Part shown: positions 12,901-25,545 of the stretch, piece by piece
Position numbering within the stretch: the first letter of the stretch is position 1
Layout of the letters: each line of letters starts with the position of its first letter
Assembly: GCA_043228905.1 (NCBI GenBank)
Contig: JBHGNT010000001.1
Span: 4,774,001 to 4,838,000, forward strand
Reading direction: 5' to 3'
DNA: 64,000 nucleotides
Origin: Azolla caroliniana
Taxonomy: Eukaryota > Plantae > Polypodiophyta
Translations under genes and position numbers: made by a program
The notes under the pieces: generated by a model
Told to the model about the DNA's origin: nothing
The model's input: only the letters and a program-made list of their open reading frames with translations
Database searches by the model: none

Positions 12901-15900
12901 AGAAGGCCATGTTTGGACATTACTCATGTGCAGATTCGACCCATGTCCTAGTCTGTAGCTGAATGAGATCTTTCCTAGTGAATCTGCTAATCACTTGAGT
13001 TAATCAATGCTACAAAACACTGAGCTCTTGATAGCAATAGGAGGGTTAGGGAGACAGAACTGGAAAGTGTGTAGGCAATTATATAAGGTACATTCTGTGT
13101 GTATGTTTACCTACACTCACATATATAAGCCCTCACACGTGTATACATATGGACATGTTTCTATGATGTATATGTAGGAGCAACCAAGAGAGATTGCAGT
13201 GATTGTTCCTTGTACTGTGAAGAAAGAGATGTTTGCCTCCATAAACTCAAAAGGAAATGTTATCATTGTTGTTTGAACAGCCCAAGACAAACCAGCAGAT
13301 GCAGCCAAAACCAACCAAAAGCCAACTAGAAGCATTACTCGAGGTACTTTGCCATCCCCAAGCTAGAGTGACCACAAGTCTGAAGTTAGGTTTTTATAAC
13401 CATCTTGTTAGATATGTACATATCATACAGTTGTACATAGTAATGGTTGCAATGTATTAATATTTATATTGTATTCACATTGCCTTATTAAATATGTGTT
13501 GTGTATGGTTTTGAAACTAGCAGTTTTGTGTATGCTATGCATGTAATGCCTTGATACATGATATTTGTTGGAAATTTGATTTTATCTTTCTCCAGTAGTG
13601 ATACACTTTTCTTGGCTGAATGTTACTTGTTTGTTGCAGGTATGAAGCAGCCCTTGACCCTTGGTTAGCACATTTCTGGAAAGCTCTGGGAAACATCCTT
13701 GGTTTACCATTAGGCCCATCTGTGTATGATAGTTTAAAGCTTGATAATCCAAAATATCATATAACCTACTGTGATAAACAATCTCTCAACTCCGCAGGTA
13801 ATGATGAATTTTCCTTTAAAATGAATTCTTGATTCTATTAACAGAAGGACATGTAATCTAGTTTGGATACAGATAAATATGGAGGATACGATGGTCGACT
13901 GAAAGCATTGTCTATGGTAGATAATGCAGATGGAATTCTTGAGGCTGAAGAATCTAGCGATTCTTTGCCCTTTGGTCCAAGAAATCCATATTTAGCTCGC
14001 GTGGTATGTTAATCAACTTCTACCCTTTAAGGCTTTTAACTAATAAAATTACACCTGCTTTATGGTAGCAATTTGACAGGACCACTCAGGGGTCTGCATT
14101 CTTTATTTCTCCTTCAATAATATAGGTAAAAAATTAAAGATCAGGCATTATTATTAAGATATTGAAGGTTGAGGGAACTTATGAGAAAAATGGCACAAAG
14201 GCATTATTTGAGATGGATTGGTCAAAGATTACATAAACCATATAATAAAATGATATTATGGTTTCTGCTTCTTCTTTTTTATCAAATGTCAATGGAAAGC
14301 AGATGATTTTTCTGTGCAGATATGCAATAAGAAGCTTACAAATAAGCCAGATGAGAGAGATGTTCGGCATATTGAATTTGACCTTGGCAAATCTGTGGGT
14401 TATATTTTTCTCCTTGTTTCCGTGTGTAAATGTTGTCAGTTGTGCTGATTTGGACATAATTTTTCATTTGTTACAGGGGCTGATATATAAGCCAGGTGAC
14501 GTCTTGGCTGTCATGCCATCTCAAAGAGAGGAGGATGTCGATGCCTTTCTTAGTCGATCTAATCTTGATCCTGATCTCCCAATTTTGGTATCACTATGAA
14601 CTACTATTTTCTGTTGGCGATTAATACATGCATTTGTCATGTTTGTTTGTCTTTATTTATGATCAGGTGATTCACTGAAAAAAGGAAATTAGCCATCCTT
14701 TTGAGAACTCACATGCAGAATAATTCTCCTAGTCTTAGGACCTAGAAAGACAAAAAGATTTAGACATGTAACTTATTTGGCAAAAAGACACAATACAAAT
14801 CAGACGTTCTAAATTGTCAAGAAAGTTGAAAGTTAGTGACATTTTCTTGAGTTCTAATATGCCATGATTTTGCTGTGAACACTGAAGAACAATAATGTTA
14901 GCATAGCATTACAAATGTTGACTACAAAAACAACATCAGGGGTTTCTTAAGCCTATTGTCTCTTAGAAGCTAGTGATCAGATTCCATGGTCATCAATGTC
15001 AATTATTTTTGGTAATTGATACAAAGATGGTTTGTTACAGACTGAAATATATTTGGTTGATGAATTGATCAGATAAATGCAGTGAAATTGCGGAATGATT
15101 CCAAAAAGGCTGCTAGAGGCATCTCTAAGCCTGTTACCATTAAGACTATTGTTCAGTACATCATGGACATTGCTTCTGCATCACCAAGACGGTATTTCTT
15201 TGAGGTAATTTTGTTAATATATGTTAACGTTGAAACTAGAAACGCTACAAGAAGTTGCTTTATGAAATAAAACTTTGCTCAATATTAGAATATTGTTTCT
15301 TTCTTAACCTTCGTACATCTAATTAGATTTCCAAAAGGTACATGTTTTAAGCAACACTATATAATATAGCAAAAACATGTCTCACTCGATCCACTGTTAT
15401 GCTTCATGGTTTGTATTTTATAGATATTTTGCCTGAAAATCAGAAAGGTATCACAAAATCTTCTCTTTATGATAGAAAAAATGTTTCCATAATGTCCCTG
15501 TCAATACAAACTATGTATCTAACATTGGAATGCACATTTTCTAAGTTTGTCTGTTGATGTTTCTCAGGTTATTAGCCACTTTGCAACTTCTGAGCATGAG
15601 AAAGAGAAGCTTGAGTATTTTGGCAGACCAGAAGGACGTGATGATCTCTATGAATACAACCAACGAGAGCGCCGCACTGTATTAGAGGTGTATAGATTTT
15701 ACTTTTCCTTGCGTGCGAGGGATATAATAACAAGTTTGGACGTCTCTAGTGATAGGAATAACACATGATTTTATGGTCTCATAAATTTTCATTTTCTCAA
15801 AAGCCAAGGTTAAGACTCAATGGATTGTCAAGTTTTCTGTTTTCTTTTAAGAGAACAGGGCTATATATTATCTGTTTGAAAACTTCTTCAGAGTTACCTT

Positions 15901-17332
15901 GCAGCCTGTTTATGATCTTGTATTTGTCTATTAGATGTTTTGGAGGAAAATATATGTTCTAGTAAATTTTTTATCAATACAAAGTTTCTATGTCTTTTTC
16001 ATTTTCCTGAGCTGTCTTCTTAAAATCATGTTACTACAAAACAGGTTTTGCAAGATTTTCCATCTGTGCAACTGCCCTTTGAATGGCTATTACAAGTAGT
16101 TCCAAGACTGAAGCCAAGACTGTTCTCGATCTCATCCTCATTGCTTGTTCACCCGAACCAAGCACATATCACTGTTGCGGTGCAGAAATGGAGAACACCT
16201 TTGAAAAGGTTACGGTCTGGATTATGCTCAACATGGCTGTCCCAATTGGATCCTCAAAAAGGTAGCCCACAGGAAAAGGAAATTCAGCTTTTAGTTTTTA
16301 TCATCGCATGTATAAAGGAAATTAATGTTTGCATTTGTTGCCATTAATGATATAGAATCGTAAAAAATGTCTTGTTGTGTAGGGACAAATATTAAATGAA
16401 GTTTTATTTCTAGTATTGATTCATGGATAATAAGATGAATATTAGCAAAAAGGCAAAAAAAGGATGGGAAAAAGCTTGTGAATATTCTTTTGCTTGTGGA
16501 GAGACTACAATTAAAATGCCTTTTACTTTTAGTGATCGTTTTTACCTTTCTTATTATGAAGTATATGCTAAATCATATGGTGTTGGGTGGTCCTTTTGGG
16601 TGAAAAATATCATTCTACAACATATGCAGTGCAATCATGCAATACAAAAATAATTCAATGTGCATTTATTGATTTTTTGAATGCATACCTTTTTAGTATG
16701 TGGACTTTGACATGATATACATAGGAAGAGAGCATGAGTAGGGTAATTATTTTGGCAAGACGAAAATCTCATTGAATTTCTATTGCATTGCAGGGAAAGT
16801 ATCTGTTCCAGTGTGGATTAAGCAAGGGAGCATAAGGCTACCACATCCTTCTGTACCTTTACTCCTCGTCGGACCAGGAACAGGGTGCGCACCTTTTCGC
16901 GCTTTCATTGAAGAACGTATTGCCCTCTCTGTATCATCTGAGAAAATTGTCGCCCCAATAATGTTTTTTTTCGGTTGTCGGCATGAGGAACAAGACTTCC
17001 TTTATAAGGAATTTTGGCTTGCACAAACAGAAGACTTTAAGTTACTTTCCCATGGAGTGGGTGGTGGTTTTTTTGTAGCGTTCTCTAGGGATCAGCCACG
17101 TAAGGTGTATGTTCAGCATAAAATTGAAGAGCAATCGCAGAATGTATGGAGAATGTTGCAATCGGGGTGTTCGGTTTATATTGCTGGTTCAGCTCATGAA
17201 ATGCCGGTGGATGTAGGGGATGCTTTAGAGGGTGTGATTGTTAAAGAAGGACATTTATCTAAAGAGAATGCAAAGAGATGGTTGAAACAGTTGGAGAGAT
17301 CAGGGAAATATCATGTGGAGGCTTGGCAGTAG
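9935..17332 (+). CDS. ATR3: NADPH-dependent diflavin oxidoreductase 1 (NDOR1/Tah18/ATR3), 631 aa, 12 coding exons
   Basis: Exons 9935-10072, 10584-10661, 10746-10850, 11337-11428, 13640-13797, 13873-14003, 14320-14394, 14477-14587, 15073-15204, 15568-15687, 16045-16261 and 16794-17332 sum to 1896 nt in frame, all GT-AG. Motifs: YGSQTGNAEDVAE, STTGQGDPP, FGLGDSSY, GLGDDQHPSG, ASASPRRYFFE, PRLFSISS, GPGTGCAPFR, FFGCR, AFSRDQPRKVYVQH, terminal EAW. No N-terminal membrane anchor, so NDOR1 rather than CPR. A 5'UTR intron is likely (acceptor at 9911). Confidence 0.96.
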
Positions 17333-18940
17333 CAACAAAATTATTTCTCCTTGCAACATCAATGAACCTGACTAACAAAAATGCTTTTTTCTCATATCCT
17401 TGACGATGAGCATGGACATTTGTATCCATTATTTCAGCCATGTAATCAAAGGCATTTATTGTGAGATGAGGAAATTCAGGATATGGAAGACTGATGCTAA
17501 GAGTGGACCAAGAGATGTGTTGGTTGTAATACTTTCGAAGAAAGCTTAAGATAGACGAGAGTAAGGAAAGGCGATTTAGCATTGCATTTGTCATCGGTTG
17601 GTTATGTAGGCTTGGATTCTTTTGACTATCTATAAAATTTGAGAAATTTGACCTTTTACCATTCATTTATATAAGCCAAGGTCATTGACTGACCTTTTAA
17701 TGTGACGTTAGAGTACCTTTATTAAAAACATTTTGGTTTATGAGAAGAAATGAAGGTGCACACAGTACCTTAACATTTGCCAACTATGGAATTTGTCAAT
17801 TTATAAAGAATTAAGGCTATCAAATAGTGTTTAATAATTATCTTATCATACAGTGCTCCTTGTGTACACAAGGAAAGTGGAGTGGAAAAATAAATCTTAA
17901 CAGCTGTTTAGTAGGTTTCAAAGCATTTCATGATGCAATTTGTTTAAATGTTGCCTAATGGTTTGTTTTTTAATAGCATTATTGTGTATTCAGGCAACTT
18001 ATATATAGAAATTACACACATCTCTAAGGAGAGCAACAGTAACAATCATGGTGATGTGATGTGGTCACAATTATGATTTATTTATTCTAAGTTATGCAAT
18101 TGCCTGCAAATGCAGCTTTCTATGAGCATATGGAACAGTTGGTGTGCTCTCTTATTTAGAAATGGAAAACACAACTTACAAGTTCCATGAAAATTTGCAC
18201 ATCTTTCATTACCGAAGGAAGGAACTCATTCTAACAAGCTAGAAAATTGCATACACCACCATTGAAATAGAGTTTGTTATCTTGGAGAAAGTAAATCTTT
18301 TTATTACTAAACCATAGCAATTCCATAGTAGAGATTAGTGCACAATGGTAAGGGCCCATCTAGCCCTTATTGGTGGGCCTTTATAACAATTCTTAAAAGG
18401 CATCAAAGAACCGAATTATGGAGAGGGTTCAGAAATAGTTTTCTTACAAGCATGCCTATGCCTTGCATTTTACTCTATCTTAATTGTATTTTCCTTTAGA
18501 AAAGCATATTAGGCATACCCACCAATAATTGTCCATTGTACTTAGTAACTAATTATGTTTGTCAATGCTTTGGTTGTTTAATCTAAAATCCTTGATGCAT
18601 TTACAAAGGCACTACAAATCAAAGCGGCCTATTAAGTGGATGGTGAAACTTTTAAGCAACTTAGGGATACAAGTTTTAGGTAGATAAAAACTAAAGCAAT
18701 GGAAAGACAAATTCACTTATATAGGGTCCCATATTCTGTGTTTATTATACTCGGCATAGAAAGTGATGTGCGGGTGGTATTAAAAGTATATTTCCTGGAC
18801 CAAATAGATCTATGGAAATGAGATCACAATGCATCATCTAAAAACAGGGATGATTACAAAAAGGTTGTCAATCATCATTGACCTTTATGTTGCCTATCCA
18901 TATTATTTCCACGCTCAAAAACTTTTCACCAAGGTAATAA

Positions 18941-21299
18941 TCATCGTATGGTTAATGGACTAAAGATTCTCTGAGGATTCATAAAAGCTTGATCGATTTC
19001 TAGTCGATTCATGATGTCTGGCTGTAGAGCCAAGACTGCATCGATGATGTTCCCATGAACATCACTACCAGGAAAGAATATGACTTTTCCCGCATCGTCC
19101 GCACTTGGGCACCGTACTACACAAGGCTTGCCCCAACCGAAGTCAATTTTGAAAACAGGGAAGTTCGGAGAGCTGGATGCCCGGAGGCGTGCACCATTTA
19201 GTGCGCATGTTTTAAAGATGACATCTCGATCGTAGACCTCCAACCAATGGAGCAAACTAAAAAACGCGTCGGTATTACAAGCGAGTATAGATCTATGTAT
19301 GCGTTGGGCTGTCGTGGTGAGGTCCTCATTCTCCAGTTCCCCTACTGTAGCGACTGCGGTTGTCCACATCAATGCATTGCCGAAGTAGGCATTTCCTATG
19401 GGTGGTTCCACTCTTTCTCTCATGTTAACGACAGAAATGAAGGCCACTTTCTTGTCTCTCAAGTGCTCCCTTGCTTTCGTAACATGCTTCCATATGTGGG
19501 CACAAATCGTCTCATAGGTTGTGTTCTCTCCACGTACCTTCATTTTCAACCATTCAATCGTGGCCTTTTCAAACCGGAATGTGTTAATTTTCTTATGATT
19601 CCCTTTAATGACATTTTTCTCTTCATCCTCCACATGCCCGAGGATTAACATGGCTTTACTTGGAGATGGGTTCTCGATTTTCAGTAAAGAACGTGTATGC
19701 ACGGGAGGCATTGAAATGGGTTCACCTCTTGCACACTCTGCCCAAGAATTCATGAAGTGCCACAAGGAGTTTCCATCACAAATGATGTGGCTATGTGCAA
19801 TCCCAAGTGCAATGCCACCACAATCAAACCTCGAAACCTAATTTCTCCAAATTCATAGAAATTTAGAATTGATAAAGGATCTCTGATTCTCTGTATACAC
19901 ACACATGCACGCACGGACACACATGCATATTACCATTGCCTTGTAAATATCACTCTTTGTACTCCGGAAAACAAATGTTAATCTCAAAGTGTAAAACCAT
20001 AGTTGAGGATCAAAATTTTAAGTGTGCATGATCTCAAACTAAAATTTATGAACATATTTCCAATTGATGGAGACTTGAACCCAAAAACACTGATTTTAAA
20101 AAGGATAAGTTTCACAAATACACTACGGTAACCATGATTGCATGCAATATCTTGTGAAAGTGCATGCAATAATTTGCAGTGAAGTTTAGACTCCAAACTC
20201 TCACAGATATATCTTCACATGATGCTTTACCAAATTATGCACAAGTTTACCCCTTACCATGAGAACATTGCTTTAGTATCTCTTTAATAGAGATCAACCA
20301 ACTCTCCTAGTATTGTGATCAAGGAATAATTATGTTTTATTGCCCTTGAGAGGCTACTAATATGGCCTATGGGGCAAAGTAATATGATGAGAGAAATACC
20401 CGTCAATTATAGCTCAGTTGGTAAAGGTTGTCCATTGCAGAATAGGATGAGGTCATGAATGAAATGGGGTGTTATAATGAAATCCCATAACACATGCTTG
20501 CCATATTTTCTAATTCCTTCATGGTAACATAAATTCACTTGGTTTTGTAACAAAATAATCCCTACATTCAGCAATGGCATCTAGTAAAGCAAGTGCATAA
20601 GAGTGAGATTTTGTGCCCAAGCAAAAGGGTTAGTATAAAAACCAAAATAACAAGATTTGTGGTGGTGTTTTGTAGCAGGGAAACAAAATGTGTGTAAAAG
20701 AGAGACATTTAAAAACATAAGGGTGTGGGCAGTGATCACACCTGGACTAACAATGGGGGCACCAAAGCGTAATCCGCGGGCTCGACCCACGGAACTAGTT
20801 GGTTGAAGAAATTTGGTTGGGCCCAGGAGAAGGCGCCATTGCACCAAAGGTCCGCAATCGTGATGCCGCCCTCCACAGTTGCCTCGATGAAAGAAGCTCC
20901 CAAGTCATTACATGCCAGGCGCATGCGTCCATGATCCATCATCATCGGCCCATCAGCACAGATGATACGTCCTGCGAGAGGATAGAAGGCATCGAGGGCC
21001 AAGCCAAGCGAGTGCTTCAGCTTAGCCACTACGTATTCGTGGCAGGGACCAGGACCTGGCGGCAAACTATGCTCATAGAAGAGGAGCCGGCGGTTGAATG
21101 GCATCTCGCGGCACATGATGTCCATAGCCGACAAGAACATTTCTTCTTCGCCTTCGCCTTCTCCGCCGAAGCTGCAGCCGCTCCTGTTCTTCTTCTTCTT
21201 CTTCTTCCTTGTAGCTGGACACACCATCTCTTCCTTCAGCACTCGCACTCTTATCTCTAGCTGCCCGCCGCCATTTCCAGATAGGTCTTGGCTACCCAT
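18941..21299 (-). CDS. BAHD acyl-CoA acyltransferase, 484 aa, 2 exons
   Basis: Exons 21299-20742 and 19837-18941. Motifs FYPLAGR, PLLVQ|VSRFDCGGIALG, catalytic HIICDG (HXXXD), YFGNAL and DFGWG. The intron sits at the conserved BAHD 'Q' position upstream of HXXXD. Confidence 0.95.
20410..20460 (+). mobile_element. Degenerate second copy of the putative tRNA-SINE head, in the BAHD intron
   Basis: TAGCTCAGTTGGTAAAGGTTGTCCATTGCAGAATAGGATGAGGTCATG aligns to 7299-7252(-). Perfect A box; B box decayed. Confidence 0.45.
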
Positions 21300-21569
21300 C
21301 CCTCTGTCTAGTTTCTCCTCTCTTGCTCTCTTCGCTGATCTGTTGCGTTGCTATCTGTTCTGTGGATATATATCCTCGAATTTTTCAGAGAAAGAAATAT
21401 TCTCGAGGGGAAATCTTCCATTCAAATTCAAATGCTGCAATACCTTTATAATAAAACTTCTATGTAATTCCATTCAAATGCAAATGCTGCAAGACCAAGA
21501 CCTTTACAAAACTTTCAATCCGATCTGACAAACCTTGAAAAAGTAAAAGGTTTCCATTGACAATTGGTG

Positions 21570-21822
21570 GGGTATCAGAGGCATTGGTAAGGTTTGTCCA
21601 ATGGAAACCCGAGGTTGTCCAATGGAGCTAGGTATCTAGGCATTAGTATAAGGTTGTCCATTGGAGACCCAAAGGGAGGTAAGGTTGTCCAATGGAGCTA
21701 GGTATTAAGTCATTGATAAGATTGTCCAATGCAGACCCAAAGGGAAAATTAAGAATTGGCCTAACAGGTATCAAGGCATTGGTAAGGTTGTCCAATAATA
21801 GAAGAGACCCGAGGGGAAAGTT
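21570..21822. repeat. Degenerate minisatellite upstream of BAHD, core GTAAGGTTGTCCAATGGAG
   Basis: About six copies of (T)AAGGTTGTCCAATG at ~21588, 21613, 21648, 21680, 21717 and 21783, alternating with GAGCTAGGTATC..GGCATT or GAGACCCAAGGG spacers. Confidence 0.85.
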
Positions 21823-23708
21823 GGATCTTGAACCTAAGACATTCATCTTAAGACAGTTAGTTTTGATTGCATTCATCTTAGAAAATCCTCTTTCACATGC
21901 AACTTATGGTAGTGGCAAAACAAAGACCATCCTATACAATTTCATTATTCATGGAAAAGATCCTCCTATTCATCATGATTAATACTTTCTTTCCAAGACT
22001 CGTGATGCATGTTTTTAGCTCCAGAATAATTTGTCGTTCTCATAAATAAAATATTGTGTTTCATCTTAACATTCTTCTTGATTAATTAATGAACATAAAT
22101 CCTTCATAAAATGATTGCACGACACTTGTAACCACTATGTCTTATATAGTACTTTGGAGAAAAGAGCTAGGCAACAACCGATCATATAATGGAGTAATCA
22201 AAATTGGTATGCATGATTTTGACATAATTCGATCATGTGGGCATTTTCAAAGTTATACATTTCATGGATATTCAATTTATCATGTTTACACATATGAACC
22301 AAAAGTGATGGTTGGAACTTGCAATGGTTTCCACATCAACAAAAGTCATGAATCCATACTCATTCTATTCTATACCTCCATTGCTAAGGTATGGGAAATT
22401 GATGTTTCAATAATTGATTTTAGATATTCTTCATTGACAATAATATTTGAACTTGTCGCTTGAAATCTAATGGTCAATGTGTTAAGGTCTTCATGTACAT
22501 CAACAAAAAACAATACAAAAGTTGCACATTACAATGAATCAATTGATGCGAACTATTTTGATTGCCTACCTATAGATGACAAATTTCAATTCTTAAATAG
22601 AAATAAGAATTTAATCTACTTGTGCGGCACTAATATTGAGGATTTGGGAGTCATGAACAAATAAAACATTGTGTAGATATATACATATATTTATGATGTT
22701 TTTATTTCTAAATCATGAGAATCATCCTCATTAGCCTCTACTACTTAGGAACCTACATTGCACATCAATTATGGCATATGTTATGTTATGTTTTGGATAT
22801 GCACCTTACAAACTTAATTGTCTAAGGATGAGAGATTTATTCCCCCCCAATCCATGTTGACGAGTAAAAGTTTTCTATTCAAGTCATATGAGGCGTCTCT
22901 TTCAAAATAATTTTACACCTCATGTGACATTTTCAAAGGCCTTGGATGGGTGGATGGCTTTCGAATCCTATTGTTGGTGGGGGCCTAGATTTCATCCTTT
23001 CTATTGAATTTACCAAGAAGCTGCAAGAAATACACAAGGAGAATGAAGACACGTTTAGTTTTTTATTGATATATCCAAGATGCATACACTTGACGAGAAA
23101 TCACAAACAAAGAAGGCCAATAATTGGTATTGGTCTATAATAAAATACGATGCACTTGATTTCAATTTCATATATAATCATATCATTATTTTCATGCAAC
23201 GGGAAGGGGACTCTCATGGTGTATATATACATACAATGATACATATACATATATGTGCTTGTAGGGTTTAGAATCTAGATTTCCATAGTACTCATCTTTA
23301 CATTTATTAATTAATAGTCCAAACTAAATTTCCATGTCTTAGAAACTAAAAAAAGAAATGTAAATTTAAGAGACTTTGTGTGCTTTGCCTTTGTTTACCC
23401 ACCTTTCCCGGACTCTCTCTTTGTAATTGTTGCACGACGTACTTTCTATGTCCATCTTCTTGATCAATAAACATCAAGTATTAAATATCAAAAACAATAT
23501 TTATTTTTATTCATCTAACACATTATTAAATCACACTAACAATACACTTCCAAATGGTTTTTGGTTTTACGAAGACATAATCCTACGAATTCATCTGACC
23601 TCTTCTTAAACAAGAGACTCCCCCCTACATGAACCATGTCAAAGCTCTTGTCAATCTTGCTTATGACACACAGATTCCCAACACATGCTCGTGGAAGAGG
23701 TTTATATG

Positions 23709-23818
23709 AGGGACAAGTTGCCCCATAGCAATAGCAAATACAAAGATATTCAAGGTAAACAAAGGGACAAGTTGCCCCACCGCAATAGCAAATACAAAGA
23801 TATTCAAGGTAAACAAAG
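23709..23818. repeat. ~55-bp tandem duplication
   Basis: AGGGACAAGTTGCCCCA..GCAATAGCAAATACAAAGATATTCAAGGTAAACAAAG x2. Confidence 0.92.
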
Positions 23819-24078
23819 CCAATCAACCATGACCTTGACATGTTGCACGTTGCACCTTCCTAGCGGAACAAAAAATGACTTAACATTGTAGCAACTTTAA
23901 ACTATATAGCCAAATAAAAGAGTTCACATATTGGCAATTGCATTCTGGTGCAACTATGGGGCTATTAATTTACTTCGAAGTCAATAACAATCGGTACCAT
24001 TAGAAGGACAACATCTAGACCTAGTTGTGTGGCTTCAATTTGAGCCCTATTCAAAATGTTCATATGTATAATTAAGAT

Positions 24079-24081
<3 letters not shown>

Positions 24082-24117
<36 letters not shown>

Positions 24118-24373
24118 TAAGTGGCAAGCATGTCACATGTTGTCTGCCTTGCAAATAACATGAGTTCATTGGTGGAACATCATGATACATAGAGCATGCT
24201 CTAAAGCTACAATATCTCTAGAGGTACGTGAACCTATTCTTATGTGACCATTGAAAATGTACACACCTTGTAGTTTCCCAAACATGCTACATAGCTATTC
24301 AAAAGGTAGAGTTTCGTAAAAAAATTGCCCCTCTTATATACGTACACATATAGATAGACATAAACATTCATTA

Positions 24374-24436
<63 letters not shown>
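24082..24436. repeat. Microsatellites: (GT)n 24082-24115 and compound (TA)n(GA)n ~24373-24437
   Basis: Visible dinucleotide runs. Confidence 0.95.
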
Positions 24437-24441
<5 letters not shown>

Positions 24442-25545
24442 TGGACATAGACACAATGATAGACATAGGCATGCATATACATGTAACATAAGTGTGTTAA
24501 TCGAGAGATCTAATATCCATCCACAAACTCAGACATAGATATATGTATATACATAGAAAACCGTTTCCATGTTTGTATTTATTTACATATGTAAAACCCA
24601 TTGGTATATGTGTGATATGTCTTTAAAATAAAATATAGGAGTTTGTCGTATGTATGTATCTATCGACATATGTTTATGCCTCCGCATATGTCTATGATCC
24701 ATCAATGTTTATGTATGTATGTATATATATATACATATGTACACAGTACAAACATATGCTTGTCCATGTGTGCGCATGCACATTTATAGGTGTAGAAAGG
24801 CTCAACTATACCACAGAAAGGCAGATTTGGAGTCCTTTTCTTTTGTACAATTTTTTAATTCATCAACGCTGAATATGGACATGTTTATAGTGGTTAAGAC
24901 ACTTTCCTCTCTATTTTTTGTTTTATTTCGTAGATCTGCCGGTTATGCATATCCAAAGCTAGATTTTCTTTTTAAAGAATGTGTAAGAAATGTACATCCC
25001 AGCATTAAGAACATGAATCTTGGTCTATAAAGACAAGAAGGGATGTGCTTGTTAAATGTTGCATTGATTCATGCAACCAATTATCTTACATCCTCACTGA
25101 CATTCTTTAGTACTCCATCACACAAACTCATTGTATGGACATACATAAAAGTATACAACCTGACATAATATAGAATTTGGAAATCCATAGTCTCACTTCT
25201 TTCATCATCATATTGTCCATGACACATATCAAAGATTATCAGTCACAATAATTGATCATTACAAGCACCAAATGGGGTTATTTCCATTTAACCAATGTTG
25301 GCGTTATCAAATGTATCATCATCAAACATACATATAAAGAAGTGCTCTTTACGAGATGAATGTATCATCTTCAAGCATATATTTATAACAAAGGAACTGT
25401 TTTCGATCAACAAATGTTGGTGCTTCATAATATATGTACAATATAAAGACAAAAATCACATGCTTAAACTTTCTTCAATCTAAGAAAATAGGGTCAAGCA
25501 CAAAACCACATGCGGCAAGGCAAGACTATCGATTGAATAAAGCAT

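Noticed and set aside
9935-17332. Alternative call as cytochrome P450 reductase or NO synthase
   Set aside because: No N-terminal membrane anchor or oxygenase domain; the GQGDPP, DDQHPSG and SPRRYFFE motifs fit NDOR1.
17259-17666. 135-aa antisense ORF overlapping the ATR3 3' end
   Set aside because: No motif; consistent with a chance ORF in the 3'UTR.
20410-20460. Possible tRNA gene
   Set aside because: A box only; no T-arm, B box or acceptor stem. Treated as a SINE-like remnant.
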